A stretch of DNA of 64,000 nucleotides from Tubulanus polymorphus (taxonomy: Eukaryota > Animalia > Nemertea): assembly GCF_964204645.1 (NCBI RefSeq), contig NC_134036.1:11139859-11203858 (forward strand), read 5' to 3'. How positions within the stretch are numbered: position 1 is the first letter of the stretch; each line of letters starts with the position of its first letter. Below, in pieces: positions 1 through 9,680 of this stretch. A program made the position numbers and the translations under genes. Under the pieces are notes generated by a model. That model saw only the letters and a program-made list of their open reading frames with translations, made no database searches and was not told where the DNA came from.

Positions 1-370
1 GCATTCGAACGACGGACGACATTTCATCCGTACCGCGAGCTCCGATTGGTGACGATTTATCAGTTTCGCAAACGACAGACGACATTTCATCCGCACTTCG
101 AGCTCCAATTGGTGACGATTTATCAGCAACATAAACGACAAACAACATTTCATCCGTACCGCGAGCTCCAATTGGTGACGATTTATCAGCAATATAAACG
201 ACTAACGACTTTTCATCCGTACTGTGAACTCCGATTAATGGCGATTTATCAGTAACACCAATGACAGAAGACAATTCATCCATACCGCGAGCCCCGATCG
301 GTGACGATTTATCAGTAACGCAAACGACAGACGACATTTCACCCGTACCGCGAGCTCTGATTGGTGAGGA
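1..370 (-). repeat. 63-bp (21-codon) minisatellite, left part; open on the minus strand as (EMSSVVCVTDKSSPIGARGTD)n
   Basis: ATTTCATCCG recurs at 21, 84 and 147 (period 63). The minus-strand frame SSPIRARGTGEMSSVVCVTDKSSPIGARG... has no stop up to the window edge. Confidence 0.95.
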
Positions 371-3300
371 TTATATATATATATATAATAAGTTTATTTC
401 TTCACTAAAGAGATACAATACAGAAATACAGTCATCACTATTACATAAAAGAAAAGTTACAGAAAGTACTTCTACACTGTAAAGCGTAGTAAAGAAAAAG
501 GACAAAAAGGGACCCCAAAGGGGGGTATATGAAAAAAAGCCTAATGCCCTGGCGGAATGGATGGACATGATGTTAAACACAAGTATGATAAGTATTAATA
601 CAATCCTATTATATGTCTTTTCAAATTCCGCTTGAATATATCGATGTTGGATGCTTGCTGAAGTTCAGTTGGAAGAGAATTCCAGACTCTAATACAATTA
701 ATGTTAGGAGAAAACATCCTGATATTGGTTCTGTAATAAGGTAAACGAAATTGATTAGAGTTACGGGTGTTGTGGGAATGAAGATCAGAAATACGAATTA
801 AACTATTGGACAATTTGACAGGCAGCAACACATGGACAGATTTATACATCAGTACAGAATTTTGGAACACATTGATGTCTTGAAGTTTGAGTTGATACGA
901 CTTTTTGAACAGTGGAGTAGTGTGTTCTAGAAAATTTACCCCACTAGCAATGCGAATAGCGCGTTTTTGAAGCAAAATAAGGGGTCGTAACCTAGTTACA
1001 TAATTAGATGCCCAGACGATATTACAGTACTGTAGATACGGAAGGATGAAACCGTTGAATAACTTGATGAGCGCGGATCTAGGAAAAATACGTCGTGCTT
1101 TTCTTAATACACCAATATTTCTGCTAACAATAGAGCACAGCTTGTTTATGTGGGAGTTCCATGTTAGGCTGTCGTCAATTATTACACCAAGGAATTTTGT
1201 TTCTCTGTTTCTAGTTATTGAAACATTACCCATTACAAGGTCGATATCATCAAGAATATTGATCTTTTTATGGAAAAGCATATAATTCGTTTTCAACAGA
1301 TTAGCAGATAGCCTATTGGAGTTTAGCCAGTTAAACAGTTTAGTGAGCTCAACATTAGTATTTGATTGCAGTATATTCAGATCGGAATGAGAGTTAATGG
1401 CAGTCGTATCGTCAGCAAATAGTAAAAAGTTTAAATTACAAGAATAAACGATGTCATTAACAAACAAAATGAATAACAAGGGCCCTAAGATGGAACCCTG
1501 AGGTACCCCTATAGGAATGGGACTGACATCAGATAAATAGTTCTTGAACGACACTTGCTGTAAGCGGTTAGTGAGGTAGGATTTGAACCATGAATGAGCA
1601 ACCCCTCGAATTCCGTAACTATACAACTTGTCTAATAATATAGAATGATCAATAGTGTCAAATGCTTTTTTTAAATCAAGCATGATACTAACAGTAAATT
1701 TTCCATTATCTAGATTCTCAGTGATGTTATTAGTAAATGCGATTAAAGCATGTGACGTGGAGAGACCTTTTCGAAAACCGAATTGGTTACATGAGAGAAT
1801 ATTGTGTTTATCAATAAAAGAAGATAACCTGTTGCTAACAGCTTTTTCAAAAAGTTTTGAAAATGCTGGTAAAAGTGAAATGGGGCGGTAATTGGACACA
1901 TTATTTATAACACCGGATTTATAAACAGGGACTACCCTAGCCATTTTGATACCCGATGGGACAATACCAGTAACAAATGAATTGTTAATTACATGCATTA
2001 ACGGTTTGCAAATATGCTCGATAGACTGTTTAAAAATAAACATAGGGATTTCATCCCATCCAGATGAAGTTTTGCCTATAAACTGTGAAACAATGTCATG
2101 AATTTCTATTTCAGTAACCGGAAACATAAAGAAATTATCAGATATGTTAGTTACATGTGTTTCCCTATTGGGTTCTGGTTGCGGTATATCGCTAGCAATA
2201 GAGGAGCCTATAGTACTAAAATAATCATTAAATAGATTAGCAATAGCTTTACAATTATTTATAACAGTACCAGAGGAGTCTAATAAGGCAGATGGTAATT
2301 TTGGAGGGCCCTTCAAGGCTAAGGTCTTTTTAATGACGTTCCATGTATCCTTTACCTTGGATTTAGAAAAATCAATGCAAGAAGCGTAATACGAACGCTC
2401 TGCGAATCTGAGTAAGTGTTTAAGCTTATTATTATATATAGTATACTCAGATTTATCGTCAGAGTTACGAGATTTCAAATACTTTTTATAGAGGGAATTC
2501 TTACGTTTAATCGATATAAGGAGCCCTGGAGTTAGCCACTTATGGTTATTTTCCTTATTTCGAGCCGAGGGTTGTTCACACAATTTGAGGGGAAAGAAAT
2601 GATCGAATAATTCTTTGTACATAGATAAAAACACGGTATATGAAGACTCAGGATTAGGGTCACCAAGCACTGGATCCCAGTCAGTTTTTGAAAGCGCATC
2701 ACAAAATAATAAAATAGATTTTTTAGGATAATGGCGCCTGAAAAAAGAGTCTCTAGTGGGTTGACAGGTAGTAATATCAGAAAATACGAAAACAGGCAAA
2801 TGATCTGAAATGTCAAAGGTGAGTAAACCCGGTACATGTTTACTCAATGGTATGTCATTTGTGAAAATATTATCTATGACTGACTGAGAGTTTTCAGTTA
2901 TTCGAGTGGGTTTATCATTTAGCGGTAGAAATGATAAGGAGCACATAGAATCAAAGAAATGTTGTACTCGGGAGTCTTCGTTATAGTCAAGGAGGTTTAT
3001 ATTGAAGTCACCCAGTATATAAAATTTACGATTACTAATCAAAGGCCAGGATTCAAGTTTATCAATAAATGATTGGTTAAAAGAGTTGATATCAGGACCC
3101 GTCCTGTATACAACGCCTACAACTACATTCTTAATTTCAATGAATAAAGATTCATATACATTATTACAAACACATAAATCAGTAAGGATTTTATATTGAA
3201 TGTTATTCTTTATATACAAAAAGACACCACCACCATTGCTAAATGATCGGCTTTGAAATTCACAGTTATATCCGTCAAGGTGATATAGCGCATTATTGTT

Positions 3301-3556
3301 GTCATTTAACTTAGTCCATGTTTCAGTCACTGCTATAATATCGAATACATGACTTATAGATTTTAAGTTACTTTTTAATTGACTAAAGTTTTTATTAAGA
3401 CTGCGAGAGTTAATATGAATTAAACTAAACTTTCGATTAATAGGGAGGAACTTTTCGTTGAAGTCAGCAGAGCAAAAGTACTGACTAGAAGAACAAGAAA
3501 ATTCGGTATCTTCAGAAGTATCAAGTGCTATTTTTTTTTTATTATTTAATACTGGC
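371..3556 (-). mobile_element. CR1-group LINE, 5'-truncated (no ORF1), inserted into the 63-bp repeat
   Basis: APE+RT ORF. The 3' end has AATAAA followed by a (TA)n tail at 371-398. The same minisatellite flanks both sides and rejoins in register when the element is removed. Confidence 0.93.
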
Positions 3557-3561
3557 TTCAT
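595..3561 (-). CDS. LINE ORF2: AP endonuclease plus reverse transcriptase, uninterrupted
   Basis: APE motifs HINSRSL, AVTETW, GGGV, LGDFNINLL, IDNIF, SDHLP. RT motifs NYRPISLLP, QFGFR, LDLKKAFDTIDH, GVPQGSILGPLLF, FADD, KFLG. The track's extension to 3822 is minisatellite sequence with a TTG start; the nearest ATG is at 3561. Confidence 0.93.
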   Translation of the reverse strand: MKPVLNNKKKIALDTSEDTEFSCSSSQYFCSADFNEKFLPINRKFSLIHINSRSLNKNFSQLKSNLKSISHVFDIIAVTETWTKLNDNNNALYHLDGYNCEFQSRSFSNGGGVFLYIKNNIQYKILTDLCVCNNVYESLFIEIKNVVVGVVYRTGPDINSFNQSFIDKLESWPLISNRKFYILGDFNINLLDYNEDSRVQHFFDSMCSLSFLPLNDKPTRITENSQSVIDNIFTNDIPLSKHVPGLLTFDISDHLPVFVFSDITTCQPTRDSFFRRHYPKKSILLFCDALSKTDWDPVLGDPNPESSYTVFLSMYKELFDHFFPLKLCEQPSARNKENNHKWLTPGLLISIKRKNSLYKKYLKSRNSDDKSEYTIYNNKLKHLLRFAERSYYASCIDFSKSKVKDTWNVIKKTLALKGPPKLPSALLDSSGTVINNCKAIANLFNDYFSTIGSSIASDIPQPEPNRETHVTNISDNFFMFPVTEIEIHDIVSQFIGKTSSGWDEIPMFIFKQSIEHICKPLMHVINNSFVTGIVPSGIKMARVVPVYKSGVINNVSNYRPISLLPAFSKLFEKAVSNRLSSFIDKHNILSCNQFGFRKGLSTSHALIAFTNNITENLDNGKFTVSIMLDLKKAFDTIDHSILLDKLYSYGIRGVAHSWFKSYLTNRLQQVSFKNYLSDVSPIPIGVPQGSILGPLLFILFVNDIVYSCNLNFLLFADDTTAINSHSDLNILQSNTNVELTKLFNWLNSNRLSANLLKTNYMLFHKKINILDDIDLVMGNVSITRNRETKFLGVIIDDSLTWNSHINKLCSIVSRNIGVLRKARRIFPRSALIKLFNGFILPYLQYCNIVWASNYVTRLRPLILLQKRAIRIASGVNFLEHTTPLFKKSYQLKLQDINVFQNSVLMYKSVHVLLPVKLSNSLIRISDLHSHNTRNSNQFRLPYYRTNIRMFSPNINCIRVWNSLPTELQQASNIDIFKRNLKRHIIGLY

Positions 3562-3816
3562 CAGTAACGCAAACGACAGATGACATTTGAACGACGGACG
3601 ACATTTCATCCGTACCGCGAGCTCCGATTGGTGACGACTCATCAGTAACACAAATGACAGATGACATTCGAACGACGGACGACACTTCATCCGTACCGCG
3701 AGCTCCGATTGGTGATGATTTATCAGTAACGCAAACGACAGACGACATTTCATCCGTACTGCAAGCTCCAATTGGTGACGATTTATCAGCAATATAAACG
3801 ACAGATGATGATTTAT
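3557..3816 (-). repeat. 63/81-bp minisatellite, right part
   Basis: Same unit as 1-370, plus an 81-bp variant. Minus frame reads DKSSSVVYIADKSSPIGACSTDEMSSVVCVTD... Confidence 0.93.
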
Positions 3817-5644
3817 TTGCAATGGAAATGAATTGTCAGCAGTGAATATTTGACTAATTTTTGTGGAGGTGAATCATGTCTTTTGTACCTAACAGTTACA
3901 ATTACTAATAATGTTGAAAAGATGCAACCCTGAAATTTATGGCGTGTCTGGATGGATGGGTGCTTGTATAATATATGTATTTCACATTATTATAAAAGTA
4001 TATTACGCCATATTTCATATGAACATTCAATAGTCTTACTTCCCATCCAATTTAAAATGACACCTTTTGGCATTTATGCCCTTATCTATACACGTAGCCT
4101 ATATAAGAGTAACAAATAATATGAGTGAAAACTTCAAATTTAAATAGGACCTGGTGGGATACAAAGCTCATATGGAGATATTTTTCTAGCATAAGATATC
4201 AGCTTGAGGGAGAAATTATTCTCTTTTGGTCAGAACTTTCAGACTAATATTTGAGTGGTGAACTAATAGCAGCATATAGTCAAACAAATAATACATTTAA
4301 GATTTGCCTACTTGCGGGGTAAATCAATTAAATAGCCTACATAGATCAAGCATACGTAAGTTACTTGTGAGTTTTTTTACAACTGCAAGTGTATAAGATT
4401 TACTTATACCTTGCGGGGTGAATTATTCATAAGTGGCCTATAATCCTATGGCCAAGTCAATAAGTGACTTGTGGGTTGTTAACAACATAATTACACCTGA
4501 TTAACAACATAAAGTTAATCAGATTTAACTATAACCATGGACTGAATCATTTATGAATTGATAGTGTTTAAGCAAGTATACCCCACTCTTTCAGAAGGAT
4601 GTATTCTCGTTGAAGTTTATGTTTAAACATTCTGAATCTAAAACATATATGATTTACCTTCTATACCAAGATTCTTGGGCATGGATGATCCTTCATTGAT
4701 GCAAGCTTCAACCACGGATGAATTATCTATAACAGGAACAATTCAATGGACAAAGGATGAAAAATATTTCATACACATTCCACAATCATAGAAATATGTG
4801 TTTGTACTCCACTGTTTTACTCTTTTCAAATGCTTTTGAACAACTTAAAGTACGAACCCCCAAGGATGAACTCCATAACACGCTTTAAGGGACATACACT
4901 ATAAATTTCATATTGAAATACACTCTAATAATTAATAATGAAAAGATTGAGGTTCAAACTAGTGTATTGAATGAAACTTCAATCCATCTGTAGGTATCAC
5001 TGGAGTGAGCATCTATCATCCATGCAGTCTGAATGAAATGTGCTGTTACAACATGTAGCTTATTTACAGTTACAGATAGAGTATGTCCCCTTTTTGCAAA
5101 ACAATAAGCAAACTAAACTTACAACAAATTACAGACCTCTCTCGGGTCATATCATCAATCAGATCATCATAGAAATATAATTCTCTAGCAAACCATATCA
5201 TTGCTGAGCTCACTGAGGCCATATCATAAATATAGTAAGAGACTACCAGTAGTTAATTAAGAGCCCCTTTTTAAGTCTGCTGAAGTCTGATTTAACCTAA
5301 AACACAATGAAACAATTTTGGCCTAGTGATAGGCCTACAAATGTAGCCTAATATGCATCGTTATTTATTTTCAAATTATAACTGGTGAAAATTGATCAGG
5401 ATTGGATGGATAATTTTCTAAAATCAGACATATAGTTGACATAAAAAATGATACATTTGTATCAAAATTTGAGATACGCTGATCGGACTTAAGCAGGCTA
5501 TATCTTGGGTTCAAATGCGATACGTTATTCATTACGTTAATTACCTAGCTGTATATTCATTTCCTGAGAAAGAAAATTTATCTGATTATATGATGGAATC
5601 AGTACTCAATAGAAAACATGTGTTAAAATCCATGACCAACTTAC

Positions 5645-6818
5645 ATTCTTTTCCCAAGGATAACTATCCAAGCCATAATCATACAACAATTCTTGATGTT
5701 TTTTCAAATCCTTCGTAGCAAATAAAGCAAGAAAAGGTTTGCCATCATCAGTCTCCAATACCTTCATCTTCGAATTGATTTGTTTCTTATCACCATGATT
5801 AATGAGCCTCCCAGGAATAGGCCCATCAACTGGCTCATCGGAAGCGTCAATGCTATTTAAGTATAAAGAATAGCAGTTTCGAAAATGATGAAAAACTGAA
5901 TGCCTAAGTCTGCTCTCAGAGTTTGATGAAATTGAAATAGATTTACAGCTTTAAAAGAAGTTCTTCAAAAAAGTCTGCCCCAAAATGAAGTTATTGATAA
6001 ACTTTGACATGCCCATCATACGGCAAGTTACCAGTGCAAAGGCAATAATCCTATTTACAATTGTCAGCATTAATCAATACACCTATGAGCATTAAAGATA
6101 AGGCCTACACATTTTTAAGGATTTTTCACTAAGGCCTAAAGGTAAAATATGTTTCTTACCAAAACTTTTTTCCTTTCCATTGAAAAAAAAATCGGAAGCC
6201 AGATGACAATAGGTCTTCTCTGATGGAGCCCACATTCTCGGACACAAGATCCCCGACATAATTAAGAAGGAAATCACCACATTTTCGCTCTTGAACTGTA
6301 ACAACTCCCCTTCCTGAAATAAGTGAATATCACATTGTAGCATCAGTTATAATTTTTGATATGACACTACTTTTAATTAGAGAAGGGACATAGGACATAC
6401 ATCTTCAATTGGTGAAATATATGAAGAACATCAGATAATATAAGTATTATTCAGAAACAAATCGGCATGGTTGCGAGAACAACAAGGGGCCTAGGGACAC
6501 CATGCCCACTCGATGAAATGCCACATTCAATATTCAACACCCTGGTGAATTAATCATGGTTCACTAGGCAGCCATCTGATACCCGATCGACCCAAATTTC
6601 TCATGATGATGGGCCACATGGGTACACCAAACCATCTTAAAAATTTCCTGTCGCAAGACGGACGTACGGTATGCCCTTCCAGGTGTAGATCGCAATACCT
6701 GGCTTACAAATACAATGGGTATCCACCTACCTTTTCCTTCAAATTGCTCAATACAGAATCCAGGTGGATCACAGTTCTCAAAGAAATATTTCACTGCCAT
6801 CTTCTGGGGATTCACTCG
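5645..6818 (-). CDS. SET domain (PR-Set7/KMT5A-like lysine methyltransferase) on three phase-compatible exons: 6731-6818, 6160-6313, 5645-5852
   Basis: Canonical AG/GT sites, phases 0-1-2-0. Spliced product: RVNPQKMAVKYFFENCDPPGFCIEQFEGKGRGVVTVQERKCGDFLLNYVGDLVSENVGSIREDLLSSGFRFFFQWKGKKFCIDASDEPVDGPIPGRLINHGDKKQINSKMKVLETDDGKPFLALFATKDLKKHQELLYDYGLDSYPWEKN. SET motifs KGRGV, YxG, CIDA, GRLINH, ELLYDYG. Confidence 0.9.
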
Positions 6819-7282
6819 CTGTGAAAAAAATGAAATCATCTGCAATGCTGCTATAGAGCAGGCCTCACTTTTTGTGTTAAGTAAAGGCTAAAGCCAACCA
6901 AAAAGCACTGATCTCTTAGCCTACTTAGTAGAGGCTAACATACCTTATTTTTCCTTACATCCATTATTCTCGCCTAAAAATGGAAAAGGCTTGATGTATT
7001 AGTTGGTTTAGATACTTGGGCCATGAATTCCAAATACTTCCTGAATTTCCAAAATAGGGAAAGTCATTTATTAGGCTTATGGATGGGCGGAACGATGGTT
7101 GTTTTTAAATGCACCAGTCTGGCTCTATGGAACAGTATAAATGTCACTATTTACTGCTTGTTCTCATATCTCTACCTGGGGAATATACGCTACCCCCTTT
7201 ACCTCCGGTGGAGCATTGCCTCACTGAATATTTACTGCTATAACTCCAACTCAACTTTTAACCGTAGACAGTTTGATCAGCC

Positions 7283-7717
7283 CTGGTCCCAGTTTCACAA
7301 TAAGGACTGAGGCCTCAATCGATTGAAGATATGCCTAAACTGAATTAACAAACGAATCAATTCGATGTAGAGAGAATCCCACAATTATAACGACAAAGTC
7401 CGAAAATGAAACTTCGAAATAGTAGTTTATTTCAACGTTTCGACTATATCCTAATAGTCATCTTCAGGAATAATGAAGATGACTATTCCTGAAGATGACT
7501 ATTAGGATATAGTCGAAACGTTGAAATAAACTACTATCTCAAAGTTTCATTTTTGGACTTTTTCGTTATAGGCCTATTTGTGGGATTCTCTCTACATCGC
7601 GTCAACACGGATATAGTGTTCTATCAATCGAAATCAATTCGATTTATGAATATTTCACAAACTGTGAAAAGCCTCTGTGATGAGTTAAAAATTAAACATT
7701 TTTGTGAAACTGGGCCT
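7283..7717. mobile_element. MITE, Harbinger-like termini
   Basis: TIRs CTGGTCCCAGTTTCACAA and TTGTGAAACTGGGCC. It encloses the 7363-7599 palindrome. Confidence 0.6.
7363..7599. ncRNA. Long palindrome with a minimal type-I hammerhead ribozyme core on each strand (Penelope-like pLTR remnant)
   Basis: Arms 7363-7472 and 7484-7599. Plus strand: CTGAAGA (7489-7495), T, stem II GACTAT/ATAGTC, GAAA (7515-7518), CGTT, GAAATA. Mirror copy on the minus strand. Confidence 0.7.
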
Positions 7718-7802
7718 GGTTTGATTCATCGACTTAAGTAACCCCGGGCTTGGGCCTAATGCTGTGATTCACTGCAAGTAACATAAATCAATAAAAACGG
7801 AG

Positions 7803-8018
7803 GGTAAAAGTGCAGATCCGCACCTCTCCGCGTAAACGGTTCAATCAATTACATGAAATATCATTGTTTCAGATTCAAAATGTCATCAGCAATTCAGTAC
7901 ATTGATTGCCATTGGCTAATTTTAAGATATCTTTACTTAGAGTAGAAAGATTTTAGCCTGGATTCTGTCATTCAGCAGATTGCGTCGATCACGAGAGGTG
8001 AGGATCTGCAGCTTCACC
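7803..8018. mobile_element. MITE, short copy
   Basis: TIRs GGTAAAAGTGCAGATCCGCACCTCTC and GAGAGGTGAGGATCTGCAGCTTCACC. Confidence 0.7.
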
Positions 8019-8631
8019 AACGGAGATTTTGGCAACAAATCTGCATTCTTTCAGCGAATCTTACCGTTTAGTTTATGTTTGTTTAAAAGTTACCAGACAA
8101 ACCGGTGACAAACCACCAGGAACCAGGAAGTATTTTTTATGCTAGGCCTAGTACTCATTCCCAGTCTGCACAGACCAAAATCAAATTAACTTTATTGGTC
8201 ATATTACTGGTTTGACAATTCAATTACGTGGAGTAACAAATAACATGGATAATAAAAAAAGATATTACAGTATAATGGAGCTAGGACCGGTTCAGAGCCA
8301 ATACAGACTAGAGATGTACTTAAATGTTTACTTTGAAAATTAGAAAGTGAAAAGTTGAAAATTTTAATGCCAAACAAATTAAGAAAATTAAGAAAAATTT
8401 ATATTTTATTATGTCGCAAATATGCAACAGCCATCCGGTTCAGGGTTCTAATCCATGGTAATAGCTTATAGTCAAGGTGCTGTAAGGCTAGGCCTAAGCC
8501 TGAATAGGCTGGATCAATGAAACAATACATAGGTACGTCGCTGCAGGACAGGCCTTCAAACTCACTGTGAAAAAGGACCAAAACAATTAAGGTTATCCAG
8601 TATTCATTACCCTTGACATAAACATAACTCC

Positions 8632-9184
8632 GGTAAAAGTCCAGATCCGCACCTCTCGTGATTGACGCAATCTACAGAATTTCAAATCTATAGCTTAAAA
8701 GAATTTCTCCCAGAATCGAATGCAGTGATTTATTTTATGATTCTATACTAGATAATGGATTTTTGGCCAGGGTTTTATCCCGAAAAGTTTGACGATCGCT
8801 GAAACGATAGGGTAACCAGCGCATACAATTTATCAAAATTTTTTGTCTCAACTGTCACTGGGGTTATTGATGCTAGACAAATTGTCTGATATCATTGTTG
8901 AAATTGACAGTAAATTTTCCTTCCTCAAATTGAGTGGGTCATGAAACATTGTTTCAGCAACTATTTTAAACCTTCACTTTAGATTTTTGCCCATGCAATA
9001 TGGCATCTGGTTCATAAATCGTGACGATTCCGAGACAAAAACAATGCAAAAAACTCTACTTTCTTGTGAAGATAAAAAAATAATCCAATGTACTGAATTC
9101 CTAATGACACTCTGAGTCTGAAACAGTGATTTTTAGTGTGATTGATTGAACCATTTACGAGAGGTGCGGATCTGCACTTTTACC
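8632..9184. mobile_element. MITE of the same family as 7803-8018, longer and in opposite orientation
   Basis: TIRs GGTAAAAGTCCAGATCCGCACCTCTCG and CGAGAGGTGCGGATCTGCACTTTTACC. Subterminal sequences match the first copy in reverse complement. Confidence 0.75.
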
Positions 9185-9549
9185 CAGTTAATGACATTTA
9201 GATCAATCGAAACTAACGAGGCCCTACACTTCCAAAATTTTCAGACCGCGAGCCCTTCGGCAATCATCACGTCGGGGTAGGCCTACCCTTCTCGACTACG
9301 TGTACCCTGATCGTAGCTGTGAAACGGCCATTGACCACGCGTCACTTCTTCCGCTTGAACTTGAAGAATGAAGATGAACTTGGGAGCGTACTGGTTGGTC
9401 AGCCAGGCCGATTATCTCAAGAACAGAATTTGCACACGGTGGCCTAAGCTCTAGACTTTTTACCGAAATGTCTTTAGAAGTACTATCTTTAAAAAATACC
9501 TACGTATATTGATCGAGAGTGATCAATTAGACTGCAACTAATCCACTAC

Positions 9550-9680
9550 AGAATGGCGGCCATTTCAAAATCACGCGCGGTATCATGGGATTGCAAACAC
9601 TAGCGCCACGAACGCAGTGAGAATGACGTCATGATCTAAGCCCCGCCCACTTCGTCCTAAGCTCCGCCCACTTCGTCGAC
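9550..9680. promoter_or_regulatory. Promoter-like motif cluster upstream of the SET gene
   Basis: YY1-like AATGGCGGCCATTT (9552-9565), ZNF143/Staf-like TCATGGGATTG, CRE palindrome ATGACGTCAT (9623-9632), and a duplicated 21-mer containing GC boxes (9636-9656, 9657-9677). Confidence 0.5.

Larger units (their letters stand above)
1..9331 (-). pseudogene. Multi-exon SET-domain gene, probably disabled, continuing off the left edge
   Basis: Candidate first exon 9287-9331 (MAVSQLRSGYT*SRR, phase 0, internal TAG); the three SET exons; candidate frameshifted exon 5123-5296; phase 1-1 exon 4658-4726 (NSSVVEACINEGSSMPKNLGIE); repeat exon from about 3816 (acceptor reads CAA, not CAG), interrupted by the LINE. 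Confidence 0.6.

Noticed and set aside
1-370. CRISPR-like appearance of this and the other regular repeats (22701-23100, 30160-31020, 34950-36165)
   Set aside because: Units are contiguous tandem copies without unique spacers; eukaryotic context; no cas genes.
3562-3822. Repetitive N-terminal domain of the 1075-aa RT ORF
   Set aside because: It is flanking minisatellite read in another frame from a TTG codon, not part of the LINE.
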